Shown: positions 43,031 to 59,192, counted from the first letter of the stretch. The stretch: DNA of 64,000 nt from the human T2T-CHM13v2.0 reference genome, Homo sapiens (GCF_009914755.1 NC_060944.1); one strand, 5' to 3'. Translations and numbers: made by a program. Notes: a model not told the origin generated them from the sequence alone.

Positions 43031-44573
43031 AAGGAGTCTCCATCCAGACCCCAAGAGAGGGTTTCGTGGATCTTGCACAGGAAAGAATTCAAGGTGAGTT
43101 GCAGAGTGCACTGAGAAGAGATAGTTTATTGAAAGCTACTCAGTTACAGAGAAGGATGTCCTCAGAAAGCAAGAGGAAGAACGCACTGTCTTTGTTTTAA
43201 ACTCTTCTAATGTAGGAGTCTTATCTAAGTAAAAGCTAAGTTATGTCTTTGTGCAGACAGACCGACAGTGTGACAGAATCCATTACCGTTGACTTAAAGA
43301 AAGTTATCCTTGGCATTTTAGTAAGTACATCAGATCACGACAGTAATTGTTTTGAAAGCATAAATTGTTATGTGATATTGGAACATCTGGGCATTTTGCT
43401 GTCGTAAGAGTTTACTCTTGCAGGCATTATTGAGCAGCTTCCTTAGCCATAAACATCTTATGACTGTGGGCTGTGATTAGCAAGGAATGTGTCTTGCTAG
43501 TTTTAAGATAGAGTTGATTTTAAAATGGTGTCACCCTAGCTCTCCTATGCTCCTGTTTCCCAAACATAATCCCCCCTCTACTTAAGAGAGAACCCTAAAT
43601 CTTAAGGGGAGATGAAAGGTGAAGGTCATTTTTCTGTAACTTATTCCTGCTGACAGTGGACGTTGTTGACCTTTGGGAGAGAGTTCTCTCATAAGAGTTT
43701 GCAGAGAGCCTTGTAGGGAGCCGGGGAAACTCTTCACTTGAATGACATCCCGATGATTTGGTTTAGTAAGTGTAGGGGCAGATAAGCTGCCAGACTATTT
43801 TATCTCCGTAATCCCATGCAATAAGTGCAACAGAAGTAAAAAGCACAATAACCAATAGCAATAAGTGTGACAACACGAAGCATGCTAAAAAGGAATGCCT
43901 TCCAAGTGCTGGGGAGCTGGCCAAACTGTGCTGTTATGACAGGAAGTCAATTGCTGAGGTATGAGTCTCTAGGGAGTTCATGGCCTGAGATATATTATGA
44001 GAGTGACCAGGAATATAGACACAGTGTTCAGTCTTGATCAATGCACAGATTTTCCCAGGGCTGCTGTTAATATGTTTAAAGCCATATGGCTTTGTAAGGA
44101 CATTTGTCTTATTCGGGACGTTTCTTCTGTCAGACGGGTGATCACCAGATGAGTGTTGTTGAAAGCCACAGCAGTATGTTTTGCTAGGGCTCCCACCTGC
44201 GATTCAACGTCTATAGATGTTGCTTAAAGACAGAATATGGGCACAGGATATAACCACCAAAAAGTTTGTTTCTGTTGCCTATCACAGACCTTGACTACTT
44301 CCCAGTTGGTGGAGAGGGAATCCAGATGTGTAAGGATACATCCTAGAAGGTAGGGATGACCCCAAGTGCATCATCCAGTCAAATTGTAAGGTGAGTATGG
44401 CCAACTATGAGACCCACATGCCCATAACCATTCCCAAGGGGAAGGATAGTCACCTAACCATAGAGATTCATTTTGCCATCCCATCCACATTTGGTCAATT
44501 GAAAGGAGAGTCTGATTGCATTGTTGGGGTGGCAGCCATCCGATACTATAGATGTTGGTTTGGGGGTGGTTAC

Positions 44574-45356
44574 TGTTGATGAAAAGAGTCGAACTCTGTA
44601 AAATATTTGAAGAGACTTATTCTGAGCCAAATATGAGTGACCATGGCCTGTGACACAGCCGTCAGGAGGTCCTGAGAACATGTGCCCAAGGTGGTTGGGG
44701 CACAGCTTGATTTTATACATTTTAGGGAGGCATGAGACATCAATCAAATACATTTAAGAAGTACATTGATTTAGTTCAGAAAGGCGGGACAACTCAAAGC
44801 GGTGGGGGGAAGGAGAGGCTTCCAGGCTATAGGTGAACTTAAACATTTTCTGGTTGACAATTGGTTGAGTTTGTCTAAAGACCTACGATCAATAGAAAGG
44901 AAATGTTTAGGTTAAGATAAAAGATTGTGGAGACCAAGGTTCTTTTGAAGTCTCATAGTAGCTGCCCTCAGGGACAATAGATGACAAATATTTCCTATTT
45001 AGACCTTTAAAAAGGTGCTAGACTCTTACTTAACCTCTTCAGGATTGGGAGGGCCTGGAAGAAAAAGATGTAGCTATGTTAATAGAGATTCTTTACAGAT
45101 GCACATTTGTCCCCACAAAGGACAGCTTTGCAAGACCATTTCAAAATATAGCAAAGAAACATGTTTTCGGGTAAAATATTTTAATTTTCTTCCTTGTCTC
45201 ATAACATTATGCCAGGGTCAGGTCGGAAAGTAAGTCACAATATGTAGGGTTAAATAAAACCCATCTGAGGAGAATTTATGGTTTGTAGGGCATGACTCCC
45301 AGACCCCTTAGATAGGAATTTGGACAAGAAAAAAAAAAATCAGAGCCTAGTCCTCA
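44574..45356 (-). mobile_element. MER4E-like solo LTR nested in the env remnant
   Basis: TGAGGACTAGGCTCTGATTTT...TCAACA with TG..CA termini; imperfect 4-bp TSD TTAC/TAAC. Confidence 0.8.
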
Positions 45357-47130
45357 TAACCATTATGCCTTCCAAGGCATAAGGGTACTTTGCCTGATAA
45401 CTGAATTTGGATACCTGTCAACCAACTGAGTCCATCATGTATGGTATAGCCTAAGGTAGGGATGCTATTAAGTTATTTGGGATTAAATGAAGAAGGAATT
45501 TCTTGGTTTCGGTGGAGGAAGGGAAGAAAGAGTGGTGTGTGTCCTTTTGGAAAAAGGAGAGTACATATTTTCTGTACTCAAATTAGCTGATTGGATATGC
45601 CAAGGTAAGCCCGAGGTTGACAAAGTTTGTACCCATTCTGCAAACAGATATCCTCCAACTCTATAATAGAGCAAGCTCAACATTAAAACCAGTGGTCTTA
45701 TTTTCAGAGCATCACTTATCCACTGGATAGCTTTTTCTGGAAGAGAAGCCGTAGATCCACTATTGGCTCACAGGAGTATTCTGGAATGGTGATCCCTGCA
45801 CCAGATGCCTGTGGGACTTCATGAGAGACAGGTTTAACTTGGGATAAATGTACCCAAATATGTAATCCCTTAAGTTTAACTGTAGTAGGAGTGCCTGGAA
45901 GTACATGGTAGGGCTCTTTCTATTTTGGGGAAAGCTGATCTGCAGGGGATCCCTCCTTCCAAGGTTTCAATAGCATGAAATCTCCTGGTCAAACAGGAGA
46001 GAATATTTATGAAGATGGTCCTGACACATGTATACTGAACAAACATGCATGTAACATATGACTCTGTTCACCTTAAGGTGGAGACTTAATCCTTGCCAGG
46101 CATGGTCTTAGATCCTGTTTATAATTTGAAATCTTCTTGCTATAAAGTTTCTATTCTATCAGTCTTATGATCTCTGTTTTAATGTTAATGCTGGTTGGTT
46201 GTGCCTGAATTCCAAGAGGGAGAATTGTACAGCAAGGTGTGTTTGACCCCCCAGTCCCTCTTCCCATCATGGCCAGAACCAGTTGTTCAGGATTTTTAAA
46301 AAATTATTATTTCCTTTTGCCAAGAGAGAGGTCCATTCTGTTGGGTGGCTTAGGATATTTGTTTATTTATTAGTTTAGTTTGGTATCCCATTTTGTCGAG
46401 GTGCCAGAGGCAGTATTGAAGGCTAAGCTTTTATTGTGTCCCATATCAATGCTGGGGTGGTGTCCTACTTGCCCTGGTCCATTACCTCCCTTGGTGGAAC
46501 ACTTATGGTCAAGGAACTTAGAGTCAAAAGACTTATAGCCAATCAAATGTTCTAGGCCAGATGGGACTGGAGGTGAGCAGGCACTCATTAACCTTAAAGC
46601 CTCTTTAAGCAACATAAGAGCCAAAAATCAAAAGCCAGAAGGCAAGGTATAAAATTGGCTTATTTAGAAATTCTATGCAAGAGCTACTATAATCTTGGCT
46701 TGTGGCAATTAGCTATACAAACTCAAGAATTATGTTTAGCTATTTAGGGATCTGTGTGCCTGTCCTTGATTTGGAGGGTCAGAATTAATTTTATTCCTCA
46801 AAACTGGCCCTTACAATCTCATGTGATAGTCCCTGGGCATGGAGGAATTGAATAGTTTCAAATTTTGGAGGTAAAACAAAACATAAGGCATTAACAACAT
46901 TTTAAACAAAAGGTCATAAGCCCTGCCTAGTTTTGAGAGTGACAGGAAAGGAAGTTCACAGGTAGCTAAACATTTAAATTATTTAGTATCAAGACATAGA
47001 ATAAATTATATTATTTCAGATAAAGGCAAAATTATTAAATGAGTCTTAATGTTTTTGAATACAGGACTGCCTCTGTGTCTTATGGAAGCAGTTTATTTTG
47101 ATTGTCACTTTTGTCTAGGTCTAAAGATGA

Positions 47131-47478
<348 letters not shown>

Positions 47479-49732
47479 GTCAGTGCCTTCCTTAGATGAG
47501 ATATTGGACCCAGAAGTCAAAGCCCTGTAACTTAACAGCACAAGGATTAGTTAATAGCACCTGATAAGGATACTTTTGAGGGGGATAGAGTGAGCCCTTT
47601 AATTGATGTTCTTCCAATATATGTAATTATCAGGCTGGAGGTGGTGATCCTGGAGTTCATGGTCTGACTGGAAGCTGTGAAGACTTACAATCTTCAGTGC
47701 TTAATTTTTATGGCTTTAGTAAGCCCCAGCAATATGACTAAGTCAGAGACTTAATTTAGGATTTTGATTTTGAAGATGTTTGTTAAAGATGTTAAAAGGC
47801 TCAAAACATTTGATCAAAACAGAAGCACAGATCATGGTAAAATAGCATTTACTCATTTACCCAAAGTGATCATCGAAATACTTTAAAGGCAATACAGAAG
47901 GTTACATGGATGTAAAAACCTTAACCCTTTTAAAATCTCAGTTTCTTTAGCAATGAAAAACCTAATAAAGACAGCATAGAAATTATCTTGATAATACATA
48001 AAATCTCAGTTTTTTAAGCCATCTACTAAAAAAGCAAAAAAGCCCTACTGCATTGTGACTACTTTTACTTATTGGAAGCTCATTTAGATAACCAGGAAGT
48101 CAAACTTGATGAAAAAAGTGCTTGAATTTAATCAGACACAGGAAGACTGTTTTCAAGGTTATGAATATAGCAGGGGAATACACGACTCCTAGGAACAGCA
48201 TGAGAAGTTTTCTGATTGCATCAAAAATTTAGACATATCAAGAAAAGCCAGTGTACAGAATGCAGTTATACTAGAGGAAAACATTGCTTTTCTAGACCTC
48301 CAAGATGCAATATGTTAGCATTTGGCCATAATAACAGTTAGAACCAGAGCAGGGAGAAAGTTATAGAAGCTGACAGAAAAATTAAAGGAGAGAGTTGTTA
48401 TCTCAAGCATTCTCAAAGGGAGAAACAGCTGAAAGCTGTTTTTTTCAACAGCACAGCAACAGTTGAACTTTTGAGATATGATTCTGAGAAGTTTTAAAAA
48501 GAAAAAGGTTATAAAATTAAAGGTAAGATTTCCTATAATTTATTTAAAGAGCATATCAATATCTTAAGAAAACCTTGTTTTGATGTAAGGGACCAATTTT
48601 TAGACAAATTATTATAAATAATTTTTTTATAACTAATGATATGCAAAATCCCTTTTACAAATTCCCCTTTATGACTTACATAGACCATCTATGACATGCT
48701 TGGACTCTCTGACTTGTCCTGAACTTCCCTCTTTGCTAAACAATCAGTCATTTTACTTTAGGACAAAAATTTACCATATAAGACTCTTTTTCATATAAAA
48801 TTATTCTCTTTTCTTTATAACCTTTCTTACCATAAATACATCTTCATATTTATAACTTTCTTTACATCTCTCTCTCTCCCCTACCTACTGGTCCCTTTCT
48901 ACCTTGTTTCATAAGTAAACATTTTCAAGTTCGTAATTTGAATTGACCTTCAATTCAGATAACTTCTGAATTAGACAAAATTATTTTTTTCTCAGTAATA
49001 CTAGATCTTGGCAGGCTTTTGGCCTCTAACATCACCCAGAGAGAAGCCAAATTAAACAGCCTAAGAAGCAAAAATCATCAAGACCAGAAGGAAAATGCTA
49101 AGTGTAAACTTCAAAGCATGTGAGCGTAGGGCGACATGTGTCACTACTGAGGCACAGACAGCAAATATGTAGTCATCAAAAGGGACAAGGGGATCAAGAA
49201 GCAGTAGGTGCTGGAAAATATCCCTCTGAGCCTCAAACAGTTTATGCATCAGGGTGACACTGCAACCCTGGGCCCCTAATGGCAGAAAAACGCCACACAA
49301 CAGGGTGGCAGCTGACCAGAAGGATCCCACAACTCCAGGCTCCCTAGCAGACACAGCCCAAAGGATCCAACAACTCTGAGTGGGGGGCTCCAACCCCTGG
49401 GCCCTGAGAATATAAAGGAACATGAGTGTCCCCGTGTCTCCTGGGGCTCAGAAGGCTAGGCTGAAAAGTGACAACAAAGGGAAGGGCACTCACCTGCCTG
49501 TGAATCCAAAACTGGAAAAAGCAAGAAATCCTGAGCTGTTTGTCAGATGTTAGCATTTTATAGATAAAGCCATTCTATAATTTTAGAAACATGCTTTCCC
49601 ATATCATAAACTTTTCTTAATTGGAAATAACCCAGACATCTGATGAGTAATCTAAGGAAAGCTGTGGACCAAAATTTTGGGTAAAATGGTCTTTATGGAA
49701 GTTAAAAAAAAAAAGATTTAAAAAAAGATTTA

Positions 49733-50147
<415 letters not shown>

Positions 50148-53147
50148 TCATCTAGAACTGACTGAACTGTGTTAAGAAAAATAAAATCTCCAAGTAGACT
50201 TGAATTAGTAATACATAAACAGTGAGTCTTATCTCAACACCAGCAGCTTAATAACAGCAGATTTAAAGCAGGCAGAAAAGAAAAGGGAGAAATAGATAAG
50301 AGAGCTTTAGAAGCAATAATCAGAGGCAAGCATGGAAAGTGAAAGTAGCAAACTTCTGGGCTGGCCATACAGAGCTGTCATAAGCCTGCAGTAAAGCAAA
50401 GGTAACAAGCTGGGAAACGATGAGAATTACAGCATTCCCATACCTGGCAAAGGGGACAATATGGATTAGTTCATAGCAAACATCTTGCAAAGCTACTTCC
50501 ATTTTTCCAAATATACCCCAGGGGCTCTAACCCCATGGGTCTTTGGGCCTCTGATCTGAGTATTATACCCCAGGGCCTCCAACCCTGTGAGTTGGGCCTC
50601 TGACTCCATGGGCCAGGCCTCTAGCCTGAGTTTCTAGGCAAGTGTCCTTGCCTAAGCCTGACATAGTACACCAAGATGGACCTCACTTACCAGAAGCGGC
50701 CAATTGGTGCTGCAGACTGAATTTCTTTTGCATAGGGTCTCGTCTTATGCTTCCTTCATGGTCGCTAGGAAGATGTTGCCAGAAAAGGGGCCATGATTCA
50801 AACCTTAAAAAAGGGTTCTTAGGCCTCACACAAGATGGAATTCAAGGCGAGTCGCAAAGTGCATTGAGAACAGATAGTTTATTGAAAGCTACTCAGTTAC
50901 AGAGAAGGGTGTTCTCAGAAAGCAAGAGGAGGAACACATTGTCTTTGTTTTAAACTCTTCTTATATATGAGTCTTATTCATGTAAAAGCTAAGCTATTTC
51001 TATGTGAGTGGACTGACAGTGTGACAAAATCCATGACTCTGTTGATTTAAAGAAAGTTATCCTTGGCATTTTAATGTGTAAGTACACCAAAGCATGACTA
51101 TAATTATTTTAAAAGCACACATTGTTATGTGACATGGAAACATCTGGACATTTTGCTGTCTAGGAGTTTGTCCTTGCAGGTATTATTAAGTGGCTTCCTT
51201 AGCTGTGAATATCTTATGATCATGGGTTGTGATTGGGAAGGAATGTGCCTTGCTAACTTTAAGATAGAGTTGATTTTAAAATGGCATCACCCTGGCTCTC
51301 CTATGCTTCTGTTTCCCTAACAAAGGAATGCCCCTTCCCTCCACACCCCAAGCCCCAACCAGCGGGACCTGGAGGTAGGGAAGACAGCATGGGAAGCCCA
51401 GCCTGGATTGGAAGCAGCAAACATTTGACCATCCCAGCCACAGGGCATGCCTACCCTCTTCTCTCCCTGGACCCTGGCCTCGCCTACCGTGGCCATCCTG
51501 CTCCCACACTAATCAGAAACTTTCCCCTGGAAACCCGTCCTGGGCCCAGCCTTTGTTTCAGGTCCTCCTCAAGCCAAAGACTTCCTGATGCAAGCGCTTC
51601 CTCCCTCCAGCCAGGGTGAATTCTGCCCTGTCCTTAGTTGGCTTTTCACATTCACGTTTCCTTGTGATGCTGCTACTCCGGCTATCAGAGTCAGGGGCAG
51701 CAGTGCTGAGGCCTCCCACCCAACCCCAAGGTGGCAGCAACATCCTTCAAGTTCCCTCCTTCCAGGAAACCATCTCTGGCCCCTCACTTCACAGCGTCCT
51801 CCCTCCTGTTCTGCACCTGGCATTTAACACATACTGCCCCAATCACTGAGGATGTTGTCACTGTTGGTAATACAAGGAATAACAGCACTGACAACAATCA
51901 CAGGGTCAACTATGGGAGAGCAAGAGGTTGAGAAAAACAGACTCTGCAGTGATTGGATCTGGCTCATCTGAGCCTGAGTTTTCTCACCTGTGAAATGGGG
52001 TCAGTGTAGCATCTACCAGCCTTGTGTAGCTGCTGGCAGATAAAATTAGATCAATATATATCACCATCAGCACTCAGAGGGCTCAGTCCCTGGGGACAAT
52101 TGTGGTTATTATTATTATTATTGTTGCTGCTACTACAGGGAACACTTGCCAAGGCCTTCCTGTGGGCCACTAACTGTGCCCCCACTCTTCCAGATTCACA
52201 CCCAAAGGAACAGGGTGCTATGATACCCATTTTGTGGTTGAGAAAAACTGAGTTCCATCAAAGTGAGGAGATGGGTTCAAGGTACCACAGTTGGGAACTG
52301 AAAAGCCAGCAATGCACTAAAGATGTGGGTGACACAAGGCTTGGACCCTAACAGAGCAGACTCTGAGCCCTGAGGGTGGAGATCCCAGCCTAGTTCACAC
52401 TGCTGCACAACCTGGCTGCAGGAGGACAGCCAGTCTTGGGGCTCTGGCCTCGGACAACCTGGGCTAATCCTTCCACCTTCTAGCTGAGTGAACCCGGGAA
52501 CATCACTTAACCTTCTTGAGCTCAGTTTTTGCCTTTGGAAGGTGAAATAATGGTCTCTACCATGCAGGGGGTGGGGGAGGATTAGATGGGTAAGTGGATG
52601 GAAAGCTTGAGCCCAGAGCCTATGCACAGTGGGCTGCTCAGGAAGGTAGAATCATGCAAGCCCAGGCCTAGAAATTCTAAAGGGCAGGCACAGGTTCCCC
52701 ACAAACATGACCTTGGCAGAATCCGTTTCTGAGAGTTGGCAGCAAGAAGAAGTTGTATGGATGACAGAAATTCTCAAATTTGCCTATTTTCTTAAAGTGG
52801 ACATTTAAAAAATTCCACATTGGGGCGGAGGAATGTTCTTAGCCCAGGGATTGCTATACATAGGTTCATGCATTTACTATGCGTTGGTTCATCTAAGCCC
52901 AACCTCAGGGTCTTTGTATTTGCTGCTCCCTCTGCCTGGATCACTGTTTCCCCAGTGGGTCTCTTCCTAACATTCTAGTCTAGGCTTAACTATTTGCCCT
53001 TCAAGAGATCTTCCCTGGGCACCCTATAAAAATGCATCCTTCACATAAACTCTTTCTCCTTTTCCCTACTTTGTTTATTCATGCTGCTTTTACTATCTGG
53101 CATCATATTCTAAATTTATTTGTTTATCTGTTTGTTGACTGCCTTCT

Positions 53148-53802
<655 letters not shown>

Positions 53803-54101
53803 CTTTCCCATTAGATTGTGAGGATAAGGACTATATCTAAGCCATTCACTTCTATATCCCTGTTGCCCACTATATACCTAGCATACAGTAGGTGCTTAAT
53901 AAATGTTTGAAAAATGGGTGAATGAAATATTGTACTTTCTAATTCAAGCATTTTCTGAGCACCTACTGTGCACCAGGGCCTGTGCTATGGGCTGTATATA
54001 CAGAAATACATCAGTGAGAGTCCTCAGCCCTAAGGCCATTGGTCTGAAGAAAAAAGAGAAATTGCAACAAGTGCCATAGCAAACACAGCTGGGAAATTCA
54101 C

Positions 54102-55312
54102 TGATGTAGTTTGGAGGTGTGTCTCTGCTCAAATCATATATTGAAATGTAATCTGCAGTGTTGGAGGTAGGGCCTGGTGGGAGGTGATTGGATAATGGAG
54201 GAGGATTTCTTTTTTTATATCTATCAGGTATGCAAAATTAATTTAATAATTGAAAATTACTATAATTCACAGACTAAGACAAGAAAAGCCATACGATTCT
54301 CTCACCAGTTGCAGAAAAAGCATATGATAGAATTAAACATCTTTTTATGATTTTTTAAAATTATACTTTAAATTCTGGGATACATGTGCAGAATGTGTAG
54401 GTTTGTTACATAGGTATACATGTGCCATGTTGGTTTGCTGCACCCATCAACTTGTCATTTACATTAGGTATTTCTCCTAATGCTATCCCTCCCCCAGCCC
54501 CCCACCCCCTGACAGGCCCCAGTGTGTAATGTTCCCCTCCCTGTGTCCATGTGTTCTCATTGTTCAACTCCCACTTATGAGTGAGAACATGTGGTGTTTG
54601 GTTTTCTGTCCTTGTGATAGTTTGCTGAGAATGGTGGTTTCCAGCTTCATCCATGTCCCTGCAAAGGACTTGAACTCATCCCTTTTTATGGCTGCATAGT
54701 ATTCCATGGTGTATATGTGCCACATTTTCTTTATCCAGTCTATTATTGATGGACATTTGGGTTGGTTCCAAGTCTTTGCTATTGTGAATAGTGCCACACT
54801 AAGCATATGTGTGCATGTGTCTTTATAGTAGCATGATTTATAATCCTTTGGGTATATACTCAGTAATGGGATTGCTGGGTCAAATGGTATTTCTAGTTCT
54901 AGATCCTTGAGGAATTGCCACGGTGTCTTCCACAATGGTTGAACTAATTTACACCCCCACCAACAGTGTAAAAGCGTTCCTATTTCTCATGGAGGAGGAT
55001 TTCTAATGAATGGTTTCGCACCATCTCCTTGGTACTGTCCCCATGATAGGGAGGGAGTTCTTGTAAAAGCTGGTCATTTAAAAGTGTGAGGCCCCCACCG
55101 CCTCTTTCTCTTGCTCCTGCTTCACCAGGTGATGTGCCTGTTCCCCCTCTGCCTTCCACCAGGATTGGAAACTTCCTGAGACCTCCCCAGAAGCTGATGC
55201 CACCATGTTTGCTGTGCAGCCTACAGAACCGTGAGCCAATTAAACCTCTTTTCTTTATAAATGACCCAGTCTCAGGTATTTCTTTCTGGCAATGCAAGAA
55301 CAGCCTAACACA
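54102..55312 (+). mobile_element. MST (MSTB-like) MaLR solo LTR split by an L1 insertion
   Basis: TG...CA termini with perfect TTCAC TSD (54097-54101, 55313-55317); gtgagccaattaaacctcttttctttataaatgacccagtctcagg. Confidence 0.88.
54211..54988 (-). mobile_element. 5'-truncated L1PA (ORF2 C-terminus + 3' UTR) with ~134 bp of extra 3' sequence
   Basis: ORF 54564-54935 matches the L1 ORF2 end (EIPFDPAIPLL, WNQPKCPS, MWHIYTMEYYAAIK); 16-bp TSD ATGGAGGAGGATTTCT. Confidence 0.93.
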
Positions 55313-58300
55313 TTCACCTCCAGCTACTGCAAGCATTCATGGGGATGAGTGAAAGGAAGGAGAGAGGTGGCTGCTGTGTCGAGGGTTTGCTCTACGACAG
55401 GATGGTGCACTTGCCACCTCTGGCTCGATCCACACACTAGCCCATTTTACAGATTAAGCATTGGGAACTCAGAGAGGTGAAGTGACTTGACCAAAAGCAA
55501 ACTCATGGCAGAATGAAGACTGGGACCAGGGAGGCCTAATTCCAAACATTGTGTGTTACCTCCTCTACCACAAGGCCTCTCTTGCCCAAGAGAAAGAATA
55601 AAGTCCAGCTAAAGTGAGCTCAAGCAAAGAAGATATAGATATGTAATTATTATCATTGTTATTACTATTTTTTTCTCATGTAACAGATACATCAAAAAGT
55701 AGAAGCCTTCAGGCATGGCTGGATCTAGGGTCTCAAACACTATCACTAGAACTGCTCCATTCTTAGAGAGGCTCTCAAGTCAAAGTGACAAGACGGCTGC
55801 CTGCCATGCCAGCCTCCCCTCCCCTACTCCCAAAAGACCAAGTCCAGAGGGAAAAAGAATGCCTCATAGCAGGCCGTTGAGGTTGGCTAATCTGGCACCC
55901 ATTCCCATCAGCCTCTTCCTGCTACAAAGGCTGTGCAGCCAAACGTCCACCTTTCTGACCCTCCTGCAGCTGGGTGGCCACAGGACACAGTTCTGGTCAA
56001 TGAGACATAAGCTGAAGTTTGTGGTGAGGGAGAGCTTTTGCTCCTCTGATAACAGGAGCAGTTGTGGCCAGAGCTGCCCCTTCCCATGTTGCCTTGATCA
56101 CAGACATGATATTTGAAGCACAGACCATCTTGCAACCAGGAGGAAAGGCTGAGAAAAAAAAAGTCCTCACTATTTTTTAGCCATGACATTGTTAAGTTGC
56201 TGGACTCCTAACTTCAGACTTCTTCCTAAGAGAAAAATAAACTTCCAATGTTCAAGCCACTGCATTAAATTCCTTGTTACTTGTAGCTGAAAGCATTCCT
56301 GACTAATACAACTCTCTGTCTCAGGTCCCTATAAAAACCCTGGGAAGGCATCATATTGGTTCTAATGGGGTCATGCTGTCATTCTGCAATGGACTGTGGT
56401 GGCCAGCAGAGATGGGATGTGCCAATTGACCACTCCAGTGGCCACCCTTACCACATAGGCTTCGAGTGGGTAGGGTTGTTCTCCAGCACAAAAGTTAGTA
56501 GAGTAGGGAAGTGGTGGCTACACTCCCTATACCTCTGAATCAGTGGAGGCAATAAATTCCCTGTTCTTGGCTTAAAGTTTCTTCCATCGTTTCCAGGAAC
56601 ATGAAGATATTGACTTATTTATCCTCCAGGATTTTTATTTGGAATGTGAGGGGAGGATAATTCAGTGAACAGTCCAAATAGGGGATCTTCCTGGGAAAAA
56701 AGGACAAGTCATAAAAACTGCATTGAATGCCAGTGTGCACAATGTCCTTTCTGTGCCCCAAGACAGTCTCCCTGCATGAGTTCTTGAGCCAGACAGACCT
56801 GAGTTCAAACCCGTCTCCATCATGCAAGTGCGTGGGCAGCCTCGCCATGTCACCTCACCTCTCTGCACCTGCGTCTCTAGAACCGGGGGTGGAAGGACCC
56901 ACTTCAAGGACCCAGTCTTCAAGAAAGAGTGGACCAAGTGCCTCCCCCATGGTGGCCCTTTGACCAGCAGCAACACCCAGAGTGCTTTCTCTGTGAACCC
57001 TTCCCTGATAATCCCAGAGTCCCAGGGAGAAAATCTGCTCCCATCTGAAGCAGGAACCATCCAGCAGTGAGTGAACCCACTGCCATTTCCTCCTGCCATG
57101 TGGCTAGGCCATATTCCACAGCCTCCCTTGCAGTCAGGAGTGGCCACGTGCCTTAGTTCCAATCCACTGCACTCCTTCCCCTTTGGTGGGTTTGATGCAC
57201 ACAGGTCTGAAGACCTCAGCAGCCACAGTGGAAGATGGCAGAGCTGCAGGACACCAGGAGCTTGGGTCCTGAAATCTTTGTGCACTAGAGCTGCTCACTT
57301 ACCAGGGGCACCCATGTTGGGCTTTTGGTGAGTAAGGAAAAAACCTCTTTGGTATTTGGTGCATGGTGCCTCTTGGGCTTACGAACGTTACCCACATGCA
57401 CCGCTTGGGGGGCACCTGTAAAAGTCTGCAGGACGGTCAGCCCGGGAGGACATTCCATGTGGGCACCAGCAAAGGCAGAGGGTGGGAGGTGAGGAGGCCT
57501 GAAGAGCCAACGGCAGCCACACTGTGGTGTTGGAACCAGATTGTCCTTCAGTCCTCCCGCCTTGACTGCCAGAGAGCAGCCCATGATCACCATCACATCA
57601 AGCCTGCAGGCAGGGTAAGAGATTAATAACAATACTAACAACAGTAATAATAGGAGGCTCTGCCAATATTCAAGAGAACTTACCACTCACCAGCTGCGGG
57701 CTGGTTTCTTCCTAGGCCTGATCTCATTTAATCCTCACCATGGCCCAGCAATGAAGGCCCTACTGATGTCAGTCCCATTTTACAGACAAGAATACAGAGG
57801 CCCATGAGGCGTCGGAGGACATTCTCCAAAGGGCATGTTCTTGAGCTCAGCTTCCTTCCAGCACAGCCTTTCATCAGGGCTTGGACCTTCATCCCATTAT
57901 ATGTCCAGCATTATTCATAGGCTGAGGACACAGAAGTGAACAAAGTAGATAGAAATCTGGACCTCGAGGGGCTGCGACTCTAGTGGGAGAAAATGGGCAA
58001 TAAACACACAAACACGTAAATATACAAAAGGAGTTTGGTGAAGGATGAGTGACATGAAGACAGCAGGTCAGGATGCTGCGGTGGGTGAAGGGAGGAGGTG
58101 GTGCTGTGCATCTTGAGGTTGGAGGAAACCTCTCTGACATGGAGCTGAAAGTGCTGCAGCAAACGAGTGAGCCACGTGAAGATCTGGGGCAGGCTGTTCC
58201 TGGCAGAGGGAACAGCAAGTGCAAAGTGCAAGTGCTACGGCCCTGAGGCTGGAAGGAGCTTGTCATGTTCAGGAACAGAAAGGAGAGAGCAGTGTGGCTG

Positions 58301-58906
58301 GAGTGGAGTGATGGGGGGTGGGGAGGGATGAGGCTGCAGAGGGAGTGGGTTGGGACAAGTGGCAAGTTTTGGTGGGCAATGGTGGCAGGGGTAGATGATC
58401 CTCCGAAAAGACTCATCTGGATGCCAGCTCTGGGGGGTGCAAGGAGGGTATTCCAATGAGGAGAGGAGACAGGGGTTTCAGCCCAAATTTGCCTCCCCAC
58501 TCTCCACTTGACTTAAGCTGCTCCCCTCTCCCTTCCTTTCTCTCATTCCCTCTCTCTTTTTCTCTCTCTCCAAGTGGAAGCTGGATCCCTAGGGAGGATG
58601 AGGCCCGGGCTTGAGTCCAGGCACCAACAAGAGCGCGTTCCCACCCTCCCGAAGGTCTGATGTGGAGCAGAGGAAAAGAATGGTCCTGATATCACCGGAA
58701 AAAGGGTCTTATCCCATATCGCAAGAGTGGGTTCTTGGATCTCACATGGGAAAGAATTCAGGGTGAGTTGCAGAGCATAGTGAAGTTAAGATAGGATTAG
58801 AGACTAATCAATGACAGAGTAGGGCATCCTCAGAAAGCAAGAGGAGAACGTACCCATTTCAAGTACCAGTGCTTGCTTATATAGGCAGTTAAGAGTAGTG
58901 TACTCT

Positions 58907-59192
58907 GGGCTCACCCCTGTAATCCCAGCATGTTGAGCGGCCAAGGCGGGCGGATCACTTGAGGCTAGGAGTTTGGGACCAGCCTGACCAACATAATGAA
59001 ACCCTGTCTCTACTAAAAATACAAAAAACTAGCTGGGCATGGTGGCCTGAGCCTGTGGTCTTAGCTACCCAGGAGGCTGAGGCAGGAGGATCGCTGGAGC
59101 CCCGAAGGTCCAGGTTGCAGTGAGATGGTGCCACTGCACTCCAGCCTGGGTGACAGAGTGAGACTCTGTCTCAAAAAAAAAAAAAAAAAAAA
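58907..59192 (+). mobile_element. Alu, slightly 5'-truncated
   Basis: TSD AAGAGTAGTGTA(C/T)TCTG; poly(A). Confidence 0.92.

Noticed and set aside
56662-58500. 207-aa and 203-aa minus-strand ORFs
   Set aside because: Cross MIR/L2/MaLR-like remnants; no domain or exon support seen.
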